Shown: positions 1-12,670, counted from the stretch's first letter. The stretch is 64,000 bases of DNA from the human T2T-CHM13v2.0 reference genome, Homo sapiens (GCF_009914755.1 NC_060930.1); one strand, 5' to 3'. The notes: generated from the letters alone by a model not told the origin. A program made the numbers and translations.

Positions 1-135
1 CTAGTATCTTTCCTTAAATTAATAACCAAACAAGTCGCTACAATAAGGACACTCACGTGTACTTTCAATGGCCAGAACATATGAGATCTGCAGTAGGCAA
101 CATTACTTTTACTGTTTAAAGAATTACTGACCTGA

Positions 136-439
136 GGCTGGGCATGGTGGCTCACGCTTGTAATCCTAGCACTTTGGAGGCTGAGGCAGGAGGATTGCCT
201 GAGCTCGGGAGTTCAAGACCACCCTGGGGACAACATGATGAAACCCCGTCTCTACTAAAATACAAAAAATTAGCCGGGCTTGGTAGTGCATGTCTGTAAT
301 CCCAGCCACTCAGGAGGCTGAGGCAGAATTGCTTGAACCCAGGAGATGGAGGTTGCAGTGAGCTGAGATTGCACCACTGCACTCCAGCCTGGGCCACAGA
401 GAGAGACTCTGTCTCAAAAAATAAAAATAAAAAAAAAAA
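136..439 (+). mobile_element. AluS-type SINE, full length
   Basis: GGCTGGGCATGGTGGCTCACG start, two arms, A-tail. TSD GAATTACTGACCTGA at 121-135 and 440-454. Confidence 0.95.
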
Positions 440-1525
440 GAATTACTGACCTGAAAACAAAATATTTTGGGAATTTCTATCACTGACTTTTGGTGTGATC
501 TAGGAAGGAAACATTATTATAAGAATTGTCTAGCAGAGTACCTGAAGCAGTATATAACAAAACTCCCGAAATACTGCAGTACTAATGGCCAATAGGAACA
601 GATTTCTTTTTAAATTACCTCTGAAAATTGGATAATTATACATCACTCTCCTAGAAATGGTTTTGATCCTTACTGTGCCTAAACTTGCCCTATTATTCAG
701 AACAACTTTGTTTTAGTTTTAAAGAGAAGTTGTGTAGCATTTAATAAAATAACAAAAAACTCATAATTTACTGTAACTTTTTAGGATTCTGGATATGGTC
801 CTCGCCTCTCTGAGAACATATTACCAGTGCTTGCTGAAGTATGTTAAGACAATCACACCTAAATAAGAAAATGTCTATTTTCCTCTTCTGACATCTGGAT
901 TTATACCTAAAAATTGCAAAATAATAACATATTAGTATTTAGTTTTGTATTTCTCAGCCTTACCTCTTTCTTTATCCAGAATTCCCAAACACTTATACAT
1001 TTTTTTCTCCTTTTAATGCAAACGGCTGGTATATACCCTAATTTCTTTCTAGGAAAGAAGACAACTGGCCCTAAATTCAGGCCCTGTCTCATAGTCATTA
1101 TTACCACCAGTACTAACAAGCAGTATTATGCTTTCATCCCATTATTTCTATTAGACTTTCCCGGCACAGCTATTTTAGTAGTCATCAAATGAAGCCACAT
1201 CTGGTTAGTTCAACTTTAAGAAATGCAAGATTATCGTGTTGAAATGCCAATTTGATCAATTTAAATAAGACGGTAACATTAGTTAAAAGGCTTATAAACC
1301 TTTAAAATATCCTGAGTCTGGAACAAAATTTATTATTACAACGACACTACAATTCAGGGCAAAAAAATAAAAATGCTGCTATGACAGATCTGTAATGAAT
1401 AAATGAAAAGCAATGTGCTTTTTGGTGTAATCTCCTTTGAAGCAGACATTAAATTATTAAAGATGTTTCCAGTGTACACATCAATCAAATCATCCCCAGA
1501 AGGAACACTGGGTTTTACACCCATC

Positions 1526-1526
<1 letters not shown>

Positions 1527-1573
<47 letters not shown>
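1527..1573. repeat. (CA)n microsatellite
   Basis: Interrupted CA run read directly. Confidence 0.95.
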
Positions 1574-2129
1574 GATAAAATCTATACCATGGTGACAGTC
1601 TGCAAAGAAGGAAAAGGGCACTCCCTCTATGTAACTATTCTTTAGGATAAAAAAGAAATACAAGAGGCAAAGGAGGAACAAGTTGCACCCTTCCTCCATC
1701 CCCTTCACTCCTCTCTCACTGTGCTGTAGCAAAACTACTGAAGAGGAATCTGGTACCACTCACACAAACTCAGAGCTATCACCAGCCCTGGGAACTTGTA
1801 GTCCATTAAGACTGTTGGGTCTGATTCATATGGACTAATCATCCTCACTCTCAGTTATGTTTATTCTTTGCTTCCAAGTTCTTTGGCATCCATTTTTCAC
1901 AACACATTTACCATCCAATAGCTTTTTGTTGTTTCCAAACTGCTAGCTATTAATACTTGCAGAAGTAATACGAATGTACAAACAAGACATACTAAACAAG
2001 GATAATTTCCATAAATTAGTATACGCGCTTAAGCAACAAATGACTCTATCTTCCATTGGAATGACAGGTTGGCAGTAGCCAGTTATGGATGTAATATGTA
2101 ATGCCAAACATTTAGGTAGCATATTGTGC

Positions 2130-2270
2130 TTCTTAGAGCACTTTCACATGCAGTTTCTCATTTTATCTTCCCAACCTGTGGGCAGATGTGATTATTATTT
2201 CCATTGTATAGAATGGGAAATTGAGCCAGAGACATAAAGCAAGTTGCCAAAGGTTACATGGCCAGTAGAT
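2130..2270 (-). mobile_element. MIR fragment
   Basis: Reverse MIR core: attattatttccattgtatagaatgggaaattgagcc...aagttgccaaaggttacatggccagt. Confidence 0.7.
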
Positions 2271-2385
2271 GAAAATATCTTTCATCAGCATCACAAACAC
2301 ACATACCTGCGTGCACATGCGTGCATGTGCGCACACACACACTTCTTATTGAAGAACAGTGGTCCCCTCAGTAGCTGAAAAACTG

Positions 2386-2439
2386 GTCGCCATGGTAACA
2401 AGGCACGTGGCTAAGGCCAACCTCTAATCTATAACCAAT
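2386..2439. promoter_or_regulatory. Candidate RFX X-box with adjacent E-box and CCAAT motif
   Basis: GTCGCCATGGTAAC (2386-2399), CACGTG (2404-2409), CCAAT (2435-2439). Motif match only. Confidence 0.4.
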
Positions 2440-2620
2440 GGATAATGAGGCAGAGGGGCTGCTGGGCTGAGCTGGGAGCCATGTCTCTGCTTTTCTCCCC
2501 GCTCTACTCATCACTGATCATGTTTCTTACGGACTCAAACTTGAAAAGCTGACTCTACTCCCTGAATATTATCCATCTGTTAAGCAGCATCAAATTAGAG
2601 ACAAACCCCATCTTCTCACT

Positions 2621-2910
2621 TTTGGGGGCTGAACTGTACCCTCCCTCACAATTATTATGTCGAAGTCTTAACCCCAGTACCTCATAAAGTGACTGTATTT
2701 GGAGGCAATTTAAGTTAAAATTAGGTCATGAGGGTGGCCCTAATCCAATCTGACTCATGTCAAGCCAAGAGAAGCCTGAGAACAAACCAACCCTGCCAAC
2801 ACCTTGATCTCAGACTTTGGGCCTCCAGAGCTGTGAGAAAATAAATGTCTGCTGTTTAAGTCCCCTAGTCTGCAGTGTTTTGTTATGGCAGCCCTAGCAA
2901 ACTAATATAC
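2621..2910 (+). mobile_element. MLT1B-like MaLR solo LTR, internally deleted
   Basis: gggctgaactgt...aaccccagtacctca...gtgactgtatttggag and 3' AATAAA...gttatggcagccctagcaaactaata. Confidence 0.8.
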
Positions 2911-3639
2911 TAATACCTTCCCTCCCCAGCCCCACACATGCTCATACTAATACTCTTTCACCTCCCTTCCCAACACCCTCACTCTCCCATCCCTCCTCTA
3001 TTTCCTTAAAAAAATAGGGAAGTTGGGTTCCTCAACAATGGAAAGAGGGATGGCTGGATGTGGCAGGGAAAGAAGGCCAAACCCAGACCTTCCCAGACAT
3101 AAGTTTGGAGTGGGGAGAGTCCTCTGTGGAAGAAACTGAAAAGAGCCCTGGGCCACGGGCTGTGCCATCCTATTACTCATGCTGTTCCTTATACCTTCAT
3201 CCAGGATGCCCTTCCTTCCCCATGGGTAGAACCACCTTCTCCAGAAAGCCTTCCTGCTCCCTCAGGTGGCCGTCACTCCTCACCTGTGCCCTCCTAATAC
3301 TTGCTAAGATACCTCTAGTACATTCTAACCACACTGTGCAGTTATTCTCTATTTATGTGCAAAAAAAATAGTGAACATAAATTGCTATTGAGTAGATACC
3401 CCCAAAATATTTGGAATGATTATAGAATAACGGGGAAATATCAGCCCTGGCACTATGGAGGTCTTCTGGAAGTTTCTTGAAGTAAGGGCTTTTTGTTATT
3501 CATCTTTGTTCCCAACACCACTGACTCTGGATATTCGTCTTAAATAAGACACAAATGTGCCTCCCACAGATAAAAGTCAGCCTCATATGTGCCTTCAGGA
3601 AGGCACTGATGATAAGGCTCACACTTATCCAGAGCTTGC

Positions 3640-3820
3640 CAGGTACCCAGTGCTATGGCCTAAGCACGTCATATGCATAATCATATTTACACTAACCTCA
3701 CAACAATTATTTAAGAAAAACACGATGATGATCCTAATTTGCAGATAAGGAAACTGAAGCACAGGGAATTAGGTAAACTTGTCCAAAATTCTCCAAGTAG
3801 TGACAAAAGGATTTGAATTC
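3640..3820 (-). mobile_element. MIR fragment
   Basis: ttgcagataaggaaactgaagcacaggg...aacttgtccaa core in reverse. Confidence 0.75.
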
Positions 3821-3919
3821 TTTGACCATTGGATTGTAATAACTATTTTCCTAAGATAAAGTACAGAGCAAAGACATATTTATGTTAAATTCAATGTATG
3901 TTCAAGAGTTACTTCCAGC

Positions 3920-4068
3920 CTAGTGGCTCCAAGACCAGTGCCTCACTGTCACCTGGGGACCTTGTCAAATGCAAAGTGTGAGTCATGAGTTCAGAGCCTC
4001 TGCATCTCTCTCAGCTCCTGTGATGCTGACAATGCTGGTCCCCAAATGACACTGTGCACAGTAGGGCT
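3920..4068. mobile_element. MER5-like hAT-Charlie MITE remnant
   Basis: tcacctggggaccttgtcaaatgcaaa...tgatgctgacaatgctggtcc resembles MER5A/B. Confidence 0.5.
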
Positions 4069-6152
4069 GTAAATCACATATAATGCAATATGCTCATGAA
4101 TATGCCACTTAAAAAATCATTTTGGGTTAACAGTTCTCACTGTAATAGTGCCCTGAAATCATGCCTCTTTAAATGAAGGTGGTGTTTTTATCTTAAAAGT
4201 TACCAATTTACTGAAAGTTGGAAGACAATGGAAGGACTGACTGTTGACAAAATGATTTCTGGCCATAAAGACAGTTCTACAAGATTTATTCTAATTACAT
4301 CACCATGCCACTGTTTAAGAGTCAATGTCATAAAAATAAACCCATCACTGCAAAAGCAATAAATCAGAAAGGTTTTTTTATATTTTATATTTTTATATTT
4401 TATGCTCAAAGTCTTCATCTCCCTGACATTTACGTCAATTTTCAGTCAATTTTGTGATGAAAATTTTTAAGAGAACCTGTTTTCAGATAGAAATTGTTTC
4501 TCTAAGGAGTACATACATCTTGAAATTTCAGGACTAGCTCATGCCTATGAGTAATTGTGGAATGCTATACTCTTTATAAAGCACAATTCTTCTGTTTCAC
4601 CGGAGGCAAAAAAGGGTATTCATTATACTCTATCTTAAATCCCCATTAAACTGATGTACATAATGGTATAAACAATGATCGCAGAAGTCATTTAAACCTA
4701 GATGATTCCAGCCTCACAGCCTCTCTGGCACGCATCCAGAATGCAACTAGATTAACGGGCATGTTACACATATTAAAAATATATGTACGATTACAGACAA
4801 TATGTACCCTTAAACAGAGAGGTTTTTATAAGACAGGACTTCTACCTTTAAAAAACACATTATTAATTATAAGTAATTGCTCGTAATATTTATTATTAGA
4901 AAAGCTGTACCAGCTTTTCTCCTCGACACCAGCGTTGGCATTTTGAGTGTATTTTGCCTGAGTTTGCCTCCATGTGTATCTTGCTATTTATTTTGTAACT
5001 GACATTCTGAGAAAATGGTTGATTTGTATGGGAAGACAGAAAAGGTCTGGTAGTTATTTCCTCTGGCTACATCCTAGCAGGGATGGGGCTCAGGGGAAAT
5101 CGTTAAGTATTCAGGTTTTCTAGAGAATATGCATGCAGTTACTAAGGTTAACTCAGGATTCCTGAGTGGTAAGGGGAAAGAAGATGGAATATGAAAATTA
5201 TATGGAAATAAGCCACAAAATACTGAAAGCATCAATTACTTGGAAGGTATTTCCACAGGCAGATGGGGCTGCCCAAATGACTTACACTTTAAACTCATAT
5301 CACACCTCTGACAGTAACAGCAGCAACAAAAATTAAAAACGGGGAAAGCCATCTAAAGAGAGACCACAGCTCATGTCCAGCCCACTTTAGCAGTAAATGT
5401 GATATTTCTTATATTTACATCAGAATTCCTGAGGGATATTATTTTAATGTTTAAGGCATATACTATCATAAATAACAGCACAAATTAGAATTTTTTAGTG
5501 AAGATATCCTGTCTCACCACCCAACCCTCCTCCTCATTGCCACCCATTAGTTCTCTCTCCCTAAAATAACCTAGACCTAGAAACTGGAGATCAATAAAAA
5601 TGAAAAAGACTACCTTAGATGTCCATTTTTTCCATGTAACATTTATGAAGTTTCAAATTTGGGAAAGTGTGTGGATTTGTTACAGGTTTTGGGGTAGAAG
5701 ATATTTCTGTGGATTTTATGGCAGCATTCAGGCATAGATGTTGAAAATACAGAAGTTATCGTACTTGTTTTTATTATTTCTGTTCCCATGGAAACTAAAA
5801 TCATCTCCTATCCAAGTTGAATGAGGTGTTTTGAAATAATCAGTTTCAATTTTTTATGATGGCAAAGTACCACTTCTTGCTTTCAGCTTTCAGAGGCTTA
5901 CTTTCACCGAAAAAAAAAAAAAAGGTTTAGATATGATTTGAAGCCACAAAGACCTACAAAAAGGGTGGTTATATTCAGAGACATGACCCTGTAAGTACAG
6001 AAGAAGAGTGAAGCTGTGGCCAGTCACCTGGAAGCTGTCTCACCCGGGTCCCTTTAAGCCCCACCAGTTCCTGTGACACCCAAATGAGAATATATGATAA
6101 ACTGAAAACATACTTAGATGGCATGAATATATTTAATCATCAATAAAAAAAA

Positions 6153-6390
6153 TTCTCATTGTTCAATTCCCACCTATGAGTGAGAACATGCGATGTTTGG
6201 TTTTTTGTCCTTGTGGGGTTGGGGGAGAGGGGGAGGGATAGCATTAGGAGATATACCTAATGTAAATGATGAGTTAATGGGTGCAGCACACCAACATGGC
6301 ACATGTATACGTATGTAACAAACCTGCACGTTGTGCACATGTACCCTAGAACTTAAAGTATAATAAAAATATATTTAAAAAAAGAAAAAA
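6153..6390 (+). mobile_element. Short 5'-inverted L1PA (L1PA4-like) 3' end
   Basis: 6153-6213 is antisense L1 3' UTR. 6211-6390 is sense 3' UTR ending ctagaacttaaagtataataaaa plus an A-rich tail. Confidence 0.88.
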
Positions 6391-6804
6391 GTTCCCCATT
6401 AAATTTTCTCAAGTTAGAAGTAAATGTTGATTTTCTTTCATTTATATCAGAAATCCCTGATGGCTACATTTTAATGTTTAACACCATTTCTATCATTTAA
6501 ATACAAGTCTACAAACGTGACGCCACAAAAAGCCTTACTGACAATGCATAGATAAATTAAGAACTCTGATCATTCTCATTCTAACCCTTCCAGCCATGAG
6601 CAATGTTTGTTAATGCCTAATGTGAATATGATTCAATAAGAGTATATGACTTGAAAATAATGATAAATATACCATTTACACATAATCCCTTTTAGTTCAG
6701 AGACAGCAGTGAAGGTTGAGTGGCCCTCAGAATATGTTGCCATTTATGGGCTAATTAGAAGCCCCTCATCTTCTCACTTCTCTTCTTTAAGATGTACAGG
6801 GAGA

Positions 6805-6960
6805 GGACCAAACTGGAAGACAGGACCGCTGTGCTAATTCTACTACCAACGGATCATGTCTCTGAGGGAAAATGGCTTTCTCCACTGTGGGGTTTTGTTT
6901 CTTCAATGGCAAAATAAGAAGCTTAGGTCAGGTTCCCTTCTGGTTCTAAATATTTTATAA
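6805..6960 (+). mobile_element. MIR/MIR3 fragment
   Basis: tttcttcaatggcaaaataag...ggttcccttctggttctaaatatttta. Confidence 0.5.
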
Positions 6961-7524
6961 TTGTTTAGTAAATGCATTTCATTGAAGTCGATTTGGGGAA
7001 CCTGTCACAGAAAACAGCCTCCTTTATCTTTCCGCATATTTTATCGTATATGGAAAAGCAAGACAAGAAGTTCTTCATCTTACTTAACTTTCACAAGAGG
7101 AGCTGCAGGTAGCTGCTAATTCTCCATTAGTTGGGGGTAGAGTCAATGATGAGACCAAGTCAGAACATGGAGAATAAAACTAGGGCAACAGGCATATTTG
7201 GTTTTTAAACCTATTTCTGGTTACAGCCTCTAAGCTGCAGTTTCTTTAAAATCACATTATATTATGTATGTGTAGACCAATGGTCACAAGTTCAAATGAT
7301 CCCAGGGACAGGTCAAAAAACATAAATTTATAATTGAAAACAGATGATAGGCATAGGGAGTGCTACAGCCTGTGGAAGTCTGAAGAACACATGGCCTGCT
7401 AAAGAGATACAGATGTTGTTAGCCCTGTGCCAGCCAAAGAAGATTCCCTCATAGAAAATCTGCCCACAGGCTACCATCCCTATTGCGGATTCTAGGAAAA
7501 CAGCTCTGATGGATCATTATGAAA

Positions 7525-10120
7525 GTGGTTTCTGGTTGAACACAGCAGATTGAATAAATGGGAGTTTTTTCTTAGCTCCCTTCTGATGCTCCTCTGAAGC
7601 ATCAGTTAAGACAACTTTAAAATGATGAACCCATAAGGACACAGAAGAGTGGAAAGGGAATATCAACCACAAAATTTGGGAGAGTAAAGCAAATGGATGT
7701 GGGGCAAATGGATGGATGACAGCAGACCTGAGGAAGCTAAAATGTGAGACTGCAGAAAGGGAAGCCAAGAAGCAAGCCTTTGCGTGCTTAAAAACCTAAA
7801 GAAGGCTTGGGGATGGAGGCACCATCTGCCTCTGAAATAAGGGGGATAGATAACTGTGGCTAAAAATAGGTAGATTGGCTCAGAGTCTTTAAAAGAAGCA
7901 AATAGATCCCCTGAGATCACCTCCCTTGAGAAATATGGGAGGTTTATTATCTGGAGATGTTGAACCTTAGGGAAACGACTCAAGTATAGCTCAGAACAAG
8001 GGGACTATACTGAAACAGAGAATAAATCTCTTGATCCATGCCTCTTTCTCACAGTCAGATCCCAAAATGTTGACAGCTAGGTTCTTATCAACAAGGCAAA
8101 AGACTGAAAGATTCCTCTCAAAGGATATAGACCCCAAAAGAGCAATACTTACAGATACTGAAACTTGGAGGAGGCCTGCCAATGAAATGGCCAAAACGAA
8201 TCACCCTACAGGACACCTCCCCTACCTATGCACACAGTGTGTCCTTAATACCTCACTCTCAAATCTAACCAGACAGCCAAGAAACGACTCTGACATGGAT
8301 ACAGAGATCAAAACATAGAGACAAAGAAAACAAAAAAGAACCTCAGAAGAAAAAAACATAGTGCAGGAAAGGAAAGTGTAAAATAATAGAACATCAATCC
8401 TCAGAGAAGAGGGAAGATATCACATTTATAAAACAAGAACAGGATGCTAAAAAAGGAACATTCAGAGAATGTGAAAGAGCTCTTAGATGTTAAAAATAAA
8501 ATGACTAGGAAATAATCAAAGGAAGATAAAAGTTGAGGCTTTTATTTTTTTTCAGTGAGAAAGTTAAAAATCCACAGAGATGAAAAGTAGGAGAGACAAT
8601 TAGATAATCACTTGGGGAGGTCCTATATTCAAATACCTGGACTTCTGGAAACAGTAGGGAAAGGAAGAGAAGAAAATTATCAAAGAAACAATTTTTTTCC
8701 AAAACTGAAAGCACATATTTTAAGAATTAAAAAGCCCATTGAGTACCCAGTCCAATAAGCAAAAAGGCCCATACCAAGACACATAATTGGAAATTTCCAG
8801 AACACCAGGAACAAAGAAAATAGTCTAAAAGCCTTCAGAGAAAGGAAAAAGGGTTACATTTAAAGAAACAGAATGCCAAACTTCTCAACTACCATTCTGA
8901 ATGGAAAGGAAAATTGAAGAATCCCCTCACAATTCTGAGAGAAATTATATCAAACCTAGAATTGTATACTTCACCATACTTACAGTCAAGTTTGATTAGA
9001 GAAAAAAAAAAGATATTTTCAGACATGCAAAGTCTCAGAAAAATGTGTCTCCCATGAAGCTTTTCTCTGAAGGCAACTAGAGGTGAGTTCCACAAAAATT
9101 GAAGGTGTAACCAAGATAGAGGAAGACATAGAATCCAAAAAAAGAAGAGAACCATCCACCAAGGAAGCAAAGGAAATTCTCAAAATAATGGTGAAGAAAA
9201 ATACCAGGATAACTCTGAAAAGCAGATCTAGAGAACAACTTACCAGCTTGAGGCAGCTGACTGGAGGGATTGAGAAAAAAATAAAATGAAGATTTCAGTA
9301 TCACTGAATGTATGTGAATGTATCAAGAGGACAGTAAGTTCTTGCAGAGTTTGGAGATGGCTTAGTAACAGGTACATATAAAACAAAGCAAGTGAAAAAA
9401 TAGGTAATTATTAACCTAGGCAACAGGGAAAAAGGGTTACCCAAGAAAGGAAATGTAACTAGAGTACACCTAAATGGTTCAACTAAGAATAACATTTACA
9501 TAGTAGAAATAATGTATAGATATTAACCAAAAGTATTACAAAATTATAGTGGAAAGAAAAAAGAAAGGGAAAGGTATCTGTATGTGTTTGTATGTATGTG
9601 GCCCTATTTTTGATAGGGGGAACGAGTTTGGGAAAAAATCTAAATAATCATCTTCCATAGTAATTACATAAAAAGTTAATAAATCAAGATAAATACAAAG
9701 CAAGATAAATCCAGAATGTTAATAAATCAAAACAAAATCAAAATTTATTTTATCAAATTTGAGATACCACCCAATGAAAGGGATCTCCATTCTTTTATGT
9801 CATCTAAAATAAAAGAATTTTTTAAATTAAAGTTTAATTAAAATCATTTTTAAAATAATTTTAAATTAAACTATGAGATGCCATCACTTGTAAGAACCAA
9901 GCACCTCAGATGTATTAAAATGGGAGAGGGGATTAGGAATATAGCAGTACTCCATGAGAAATAGCTAAACTAGTTCAAATCAGGTAACTGTATGAAACAG
10001 GAACTGTGGTGAGGAGGGGTGTGGCAAATGGCTGCTATTTTGTTACAATCTTTGTTGAACTGATTGACTTTTAAAAACTTGTACAATTCTGATTAAAAAT
10101 AAATTTTAAATAAATAAGAA
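7525..10120 (+). mobile_element. HAL1 (half-L1, ORF1-only non-autonomous LINE), near full length and degenerate
   Basis: Decayed L1 ORF1-like region at ~8300-9100 with no ORF2 after it. HAL1-type post-ORF segment (ggaagacatagaatcc...ggtgaagaaaaataccaggat...ctagagaacaac) and HAL1-type 3' end (gctgctattttgtt...gaactgattgacttttaaaaac...aaaaataaa). Confidence 0.7.
9745..9950. mobile_element. Possible Tigger-family (MER97-like) MITE nested in HAL1
   Basis: attttatcaaatttgagatacc...aattaaactatgagatgccatcacttgtaaga...cagatgtattaaaatg resembles MER97-type ends. Confidence 0.35.
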
Positions 10121-11195
10121 AATAGTATATATCACAACCTCCAGTTTAAAAAAATTATTTTACTGTTTTAATGTTCATGATGCTGGGTTAAATGCTATTT
10201 AATGAAACTACTTAGCATAAAAACATTTTTCAATTCTCATTATTTTATTAGTCAAAATCAACTACAAATAGGAAAAGCAATAAAACAAACCAAAATCACT
10301 CCAAAGTTACTATCTCCATCTTCCACTCGGTTCTGTCAAATTAAACAAACTCTAAAAATACAATTGTGTATTTGGTTATTTCATAGTTACTGGTCTGTGT
10401 TTCTGAGATGGTGAATTCTCTTGCCTGATCCTTTATTACTAGGGGCAGTTTACTTAATTAAAATGGAGCAGACTCATTTCTTACTTCCTTAGCTTGGAAA
10501 AGCACCATCATATAAATGGGGCGTATTGACATAGGGTCATCAGTGCCAGAGCAATCACAGGCATCTGCTAATCAGGCACTTGTTCCACTGCTGACAGCCA
10601 ACCCCAGATTGACTTGGAACATGCATACACAAAACAGGTTAGTTTTGAAAGAGTATCTTAGGCTTATTAGACCTAAACTCACCTCTGAGAAAACACGTTT
10701 GTTCTGGCCTCCCTAAATGCATGCAAGAATGTGAACATTCTTCTGTCTTTCCATGGGTTTGGAAGTACTACCAGGTCCATCATCATTAATTTGTCTGTAA
10801 CTAATGAAAAGAGTCTGGACCTTGGGGCAGAGCTCAGACTCTTTCTTAGCTGGAATTAGTCCACAATGCGTAACATACACATGCAAATACCCCTGTATGT
10901 GCACACACAAACATGCATGCTAGATGGTACCAGGAGAGGCTATCAAGGACTATGGAAGGTCTGAAGCTGCACTCTGCTAGCAAGAGACAAGTTAGCATGC
11001 CACAGTTTCATGGGTGCTGGCAGGAAACATGAGACCAATGAGTCAGTGACAAAGGACTTTATTGCTCACGCAATAGCAGTAGCCAAAATAGCATTTGCAC
11101 CCAAGACCCAATTCCCACAATGAGAAGGGGGCTAGTTATGCACACATTAGTTTGCATTTTAGGAGAAGAACCTCAAGCTTAGGGAACCCAAACTC

Positions 11196-11300
11196 TTTTT
11201 TTCAAATATTGTTATTATAGTAAAATACATATTACATAAAATTTACCATTTTAACCACTCTTAAGTGTACAAATCAATGGGATTAAATCTTTCACAATGG
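11196..11300 (-). mobile_element. L1M (L1MB-like) 3' end fragment nested in LTR
   Basis: T-run then taaaatacat...acataaaatttaccattttaaccactcttaagtgtaca. Confidence 0.7.
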
Positions 11301-11387
11301 GAAGTAAACTTGCCTGACCTTTGCACCATAGGGAGACATTGTCTTTATCATACTGGACAATAAAGAGACCCAGCCTTTGTCCCAGAA

Positions 11388-11599
11388 CAGAGTTTCCCAA
11401 TCTCAGCTCTACTGACATTCTGGGCTGCAGAATTTTTTGTTGTGAAGACTGTCATGTGCATTACAAGATAATTAGGAGCAGCCCTGGCCACCACCTTCTA
11501 GATGCCCATAGCACTCCCCCAGTTGTTACACCAAAAGTGGTCCCAGAAATCACCATATATCCCTTTGGAGGCAAAATCACCACAAGTTGAGAATGATTG
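11388..11599 (+). mobile_element. MER20 hAT DNA transposon
   Basis: cagagtttcccaatctcagctctactgacattctggg...ggaggcaaaatcaccacaagttgagaatgattg, with degenerate 8-bp TSD tcccagaa/ttctggaa. Confidence 0.85.
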
Positions 11600-12109
11600 T
11601 TCTGGAAGACATCACTCTCTCTGTCTTCCAAGGCCATTCACTATACAAACATACCTAAAGAGATGGTCCAGAACAAAGGCCAGCAGTGCCTCTGCTCACA
11701 AGATGGGCAGAATCACAACAGACCCATGGAGAATTGCCTCCCAATGAAAGCAAAGACTTCTAAAACTTAATCTGCTTCTCAAGAATGGATAAATAACTTG
11801 GCCAATTTGCACAAGATACTTACATATAGACATATACACACACACAGGCACATACAACTTCCTTCTTCAAGGCCCTCTGACTAAAATTACAACACAGATC
11901 ATTTAGATGACAGGAAAACAGTCCAAAGACATTAACTAGCTAATGGCCTTAGAGAGAGTGTATTTAAGTATCTTTTCTAGCTAAGACAAGTAGTATACCA
12001 TGACTATATTTCCTTTCTTAATTAGGATTTTTTTTTTCCTTTCTGGGTTAATAATTGGCTTTTTTTTTTATGCAATACTCTCTCCTCAGATCACTTGTCT
12101 GCCTTTAAG

Positions 12110-12670
12110 TTGGATAGACAGCATTTAAGTCCCATTTCCTCTAATTAACATGGTACAGCCTTGAGCAAATAATTTCACCTCATGAGCTCACTTCCTTTGT
12201 GTATTTATAGATAGGTAGATAGATAAGTAGGTAGATAGAATAAGACTGATAAGACTTATCCAGTTTCTTTTTTGAGACAGAGTCTCGCTGTGTCACCCAC
12301 ACTACAGTGAGGTGGCATGATCTCTGCTCACTGCAACCTCCGCCTCCCAGATTCCAGCAGTTCTCATGCCTCAGCCTCCCGATTATCTGGAATTACAGGT
12401 GCCTGTCACCACACCTGGTTAATTTTTTGTATTTTCAGTAGAGACCAGGTTTCACCGTGTTGGCCAGGCTGGTCTCGAACACTCCTGACTTTAGGTGATC
12501 CAGACCACCTCAGCCTCCCAGAATGCTGGGACTACAGGCATGAGCTACCACACCCAGCTCCAATAAGACCTATCTGACAGGGTTGTTTTCATAATTAAAC
12601 GAAAGAAATAAAAATCCTTAGTCCAGTGCCTGGCACTCAGTAGTTACTTAATCAATGGTAGCTATTGTTT
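12110..12670 (+). mobile_element. MIR split by a (GATA)n-like repeat and an Alu
   Basis: ccttgagcaaataatttcacctc before the Alu; cagggttgtt...cttagtccagtgcctggcactcagtag...tagctattg after it. Confidence 0.7.
12264..12559 (-). mobile_element. AluS-type SINE
   Basis: Reverse Alu. TSD ataagacttatc / ataagacctatc. Confidence 0.93.

Larger units (their letters stand above)
10950..11745 (-). mobile_element. ERVL-class solo LTR (MER54/MER74-like) interrupted by two insertions
   Basis: acaagttagcatgccacagtttcatgggtgctggcagg...acaaaggactttattgctcac matches the remembered family signature. AATAAA lies on the minus strand. Confidence 0.55.
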
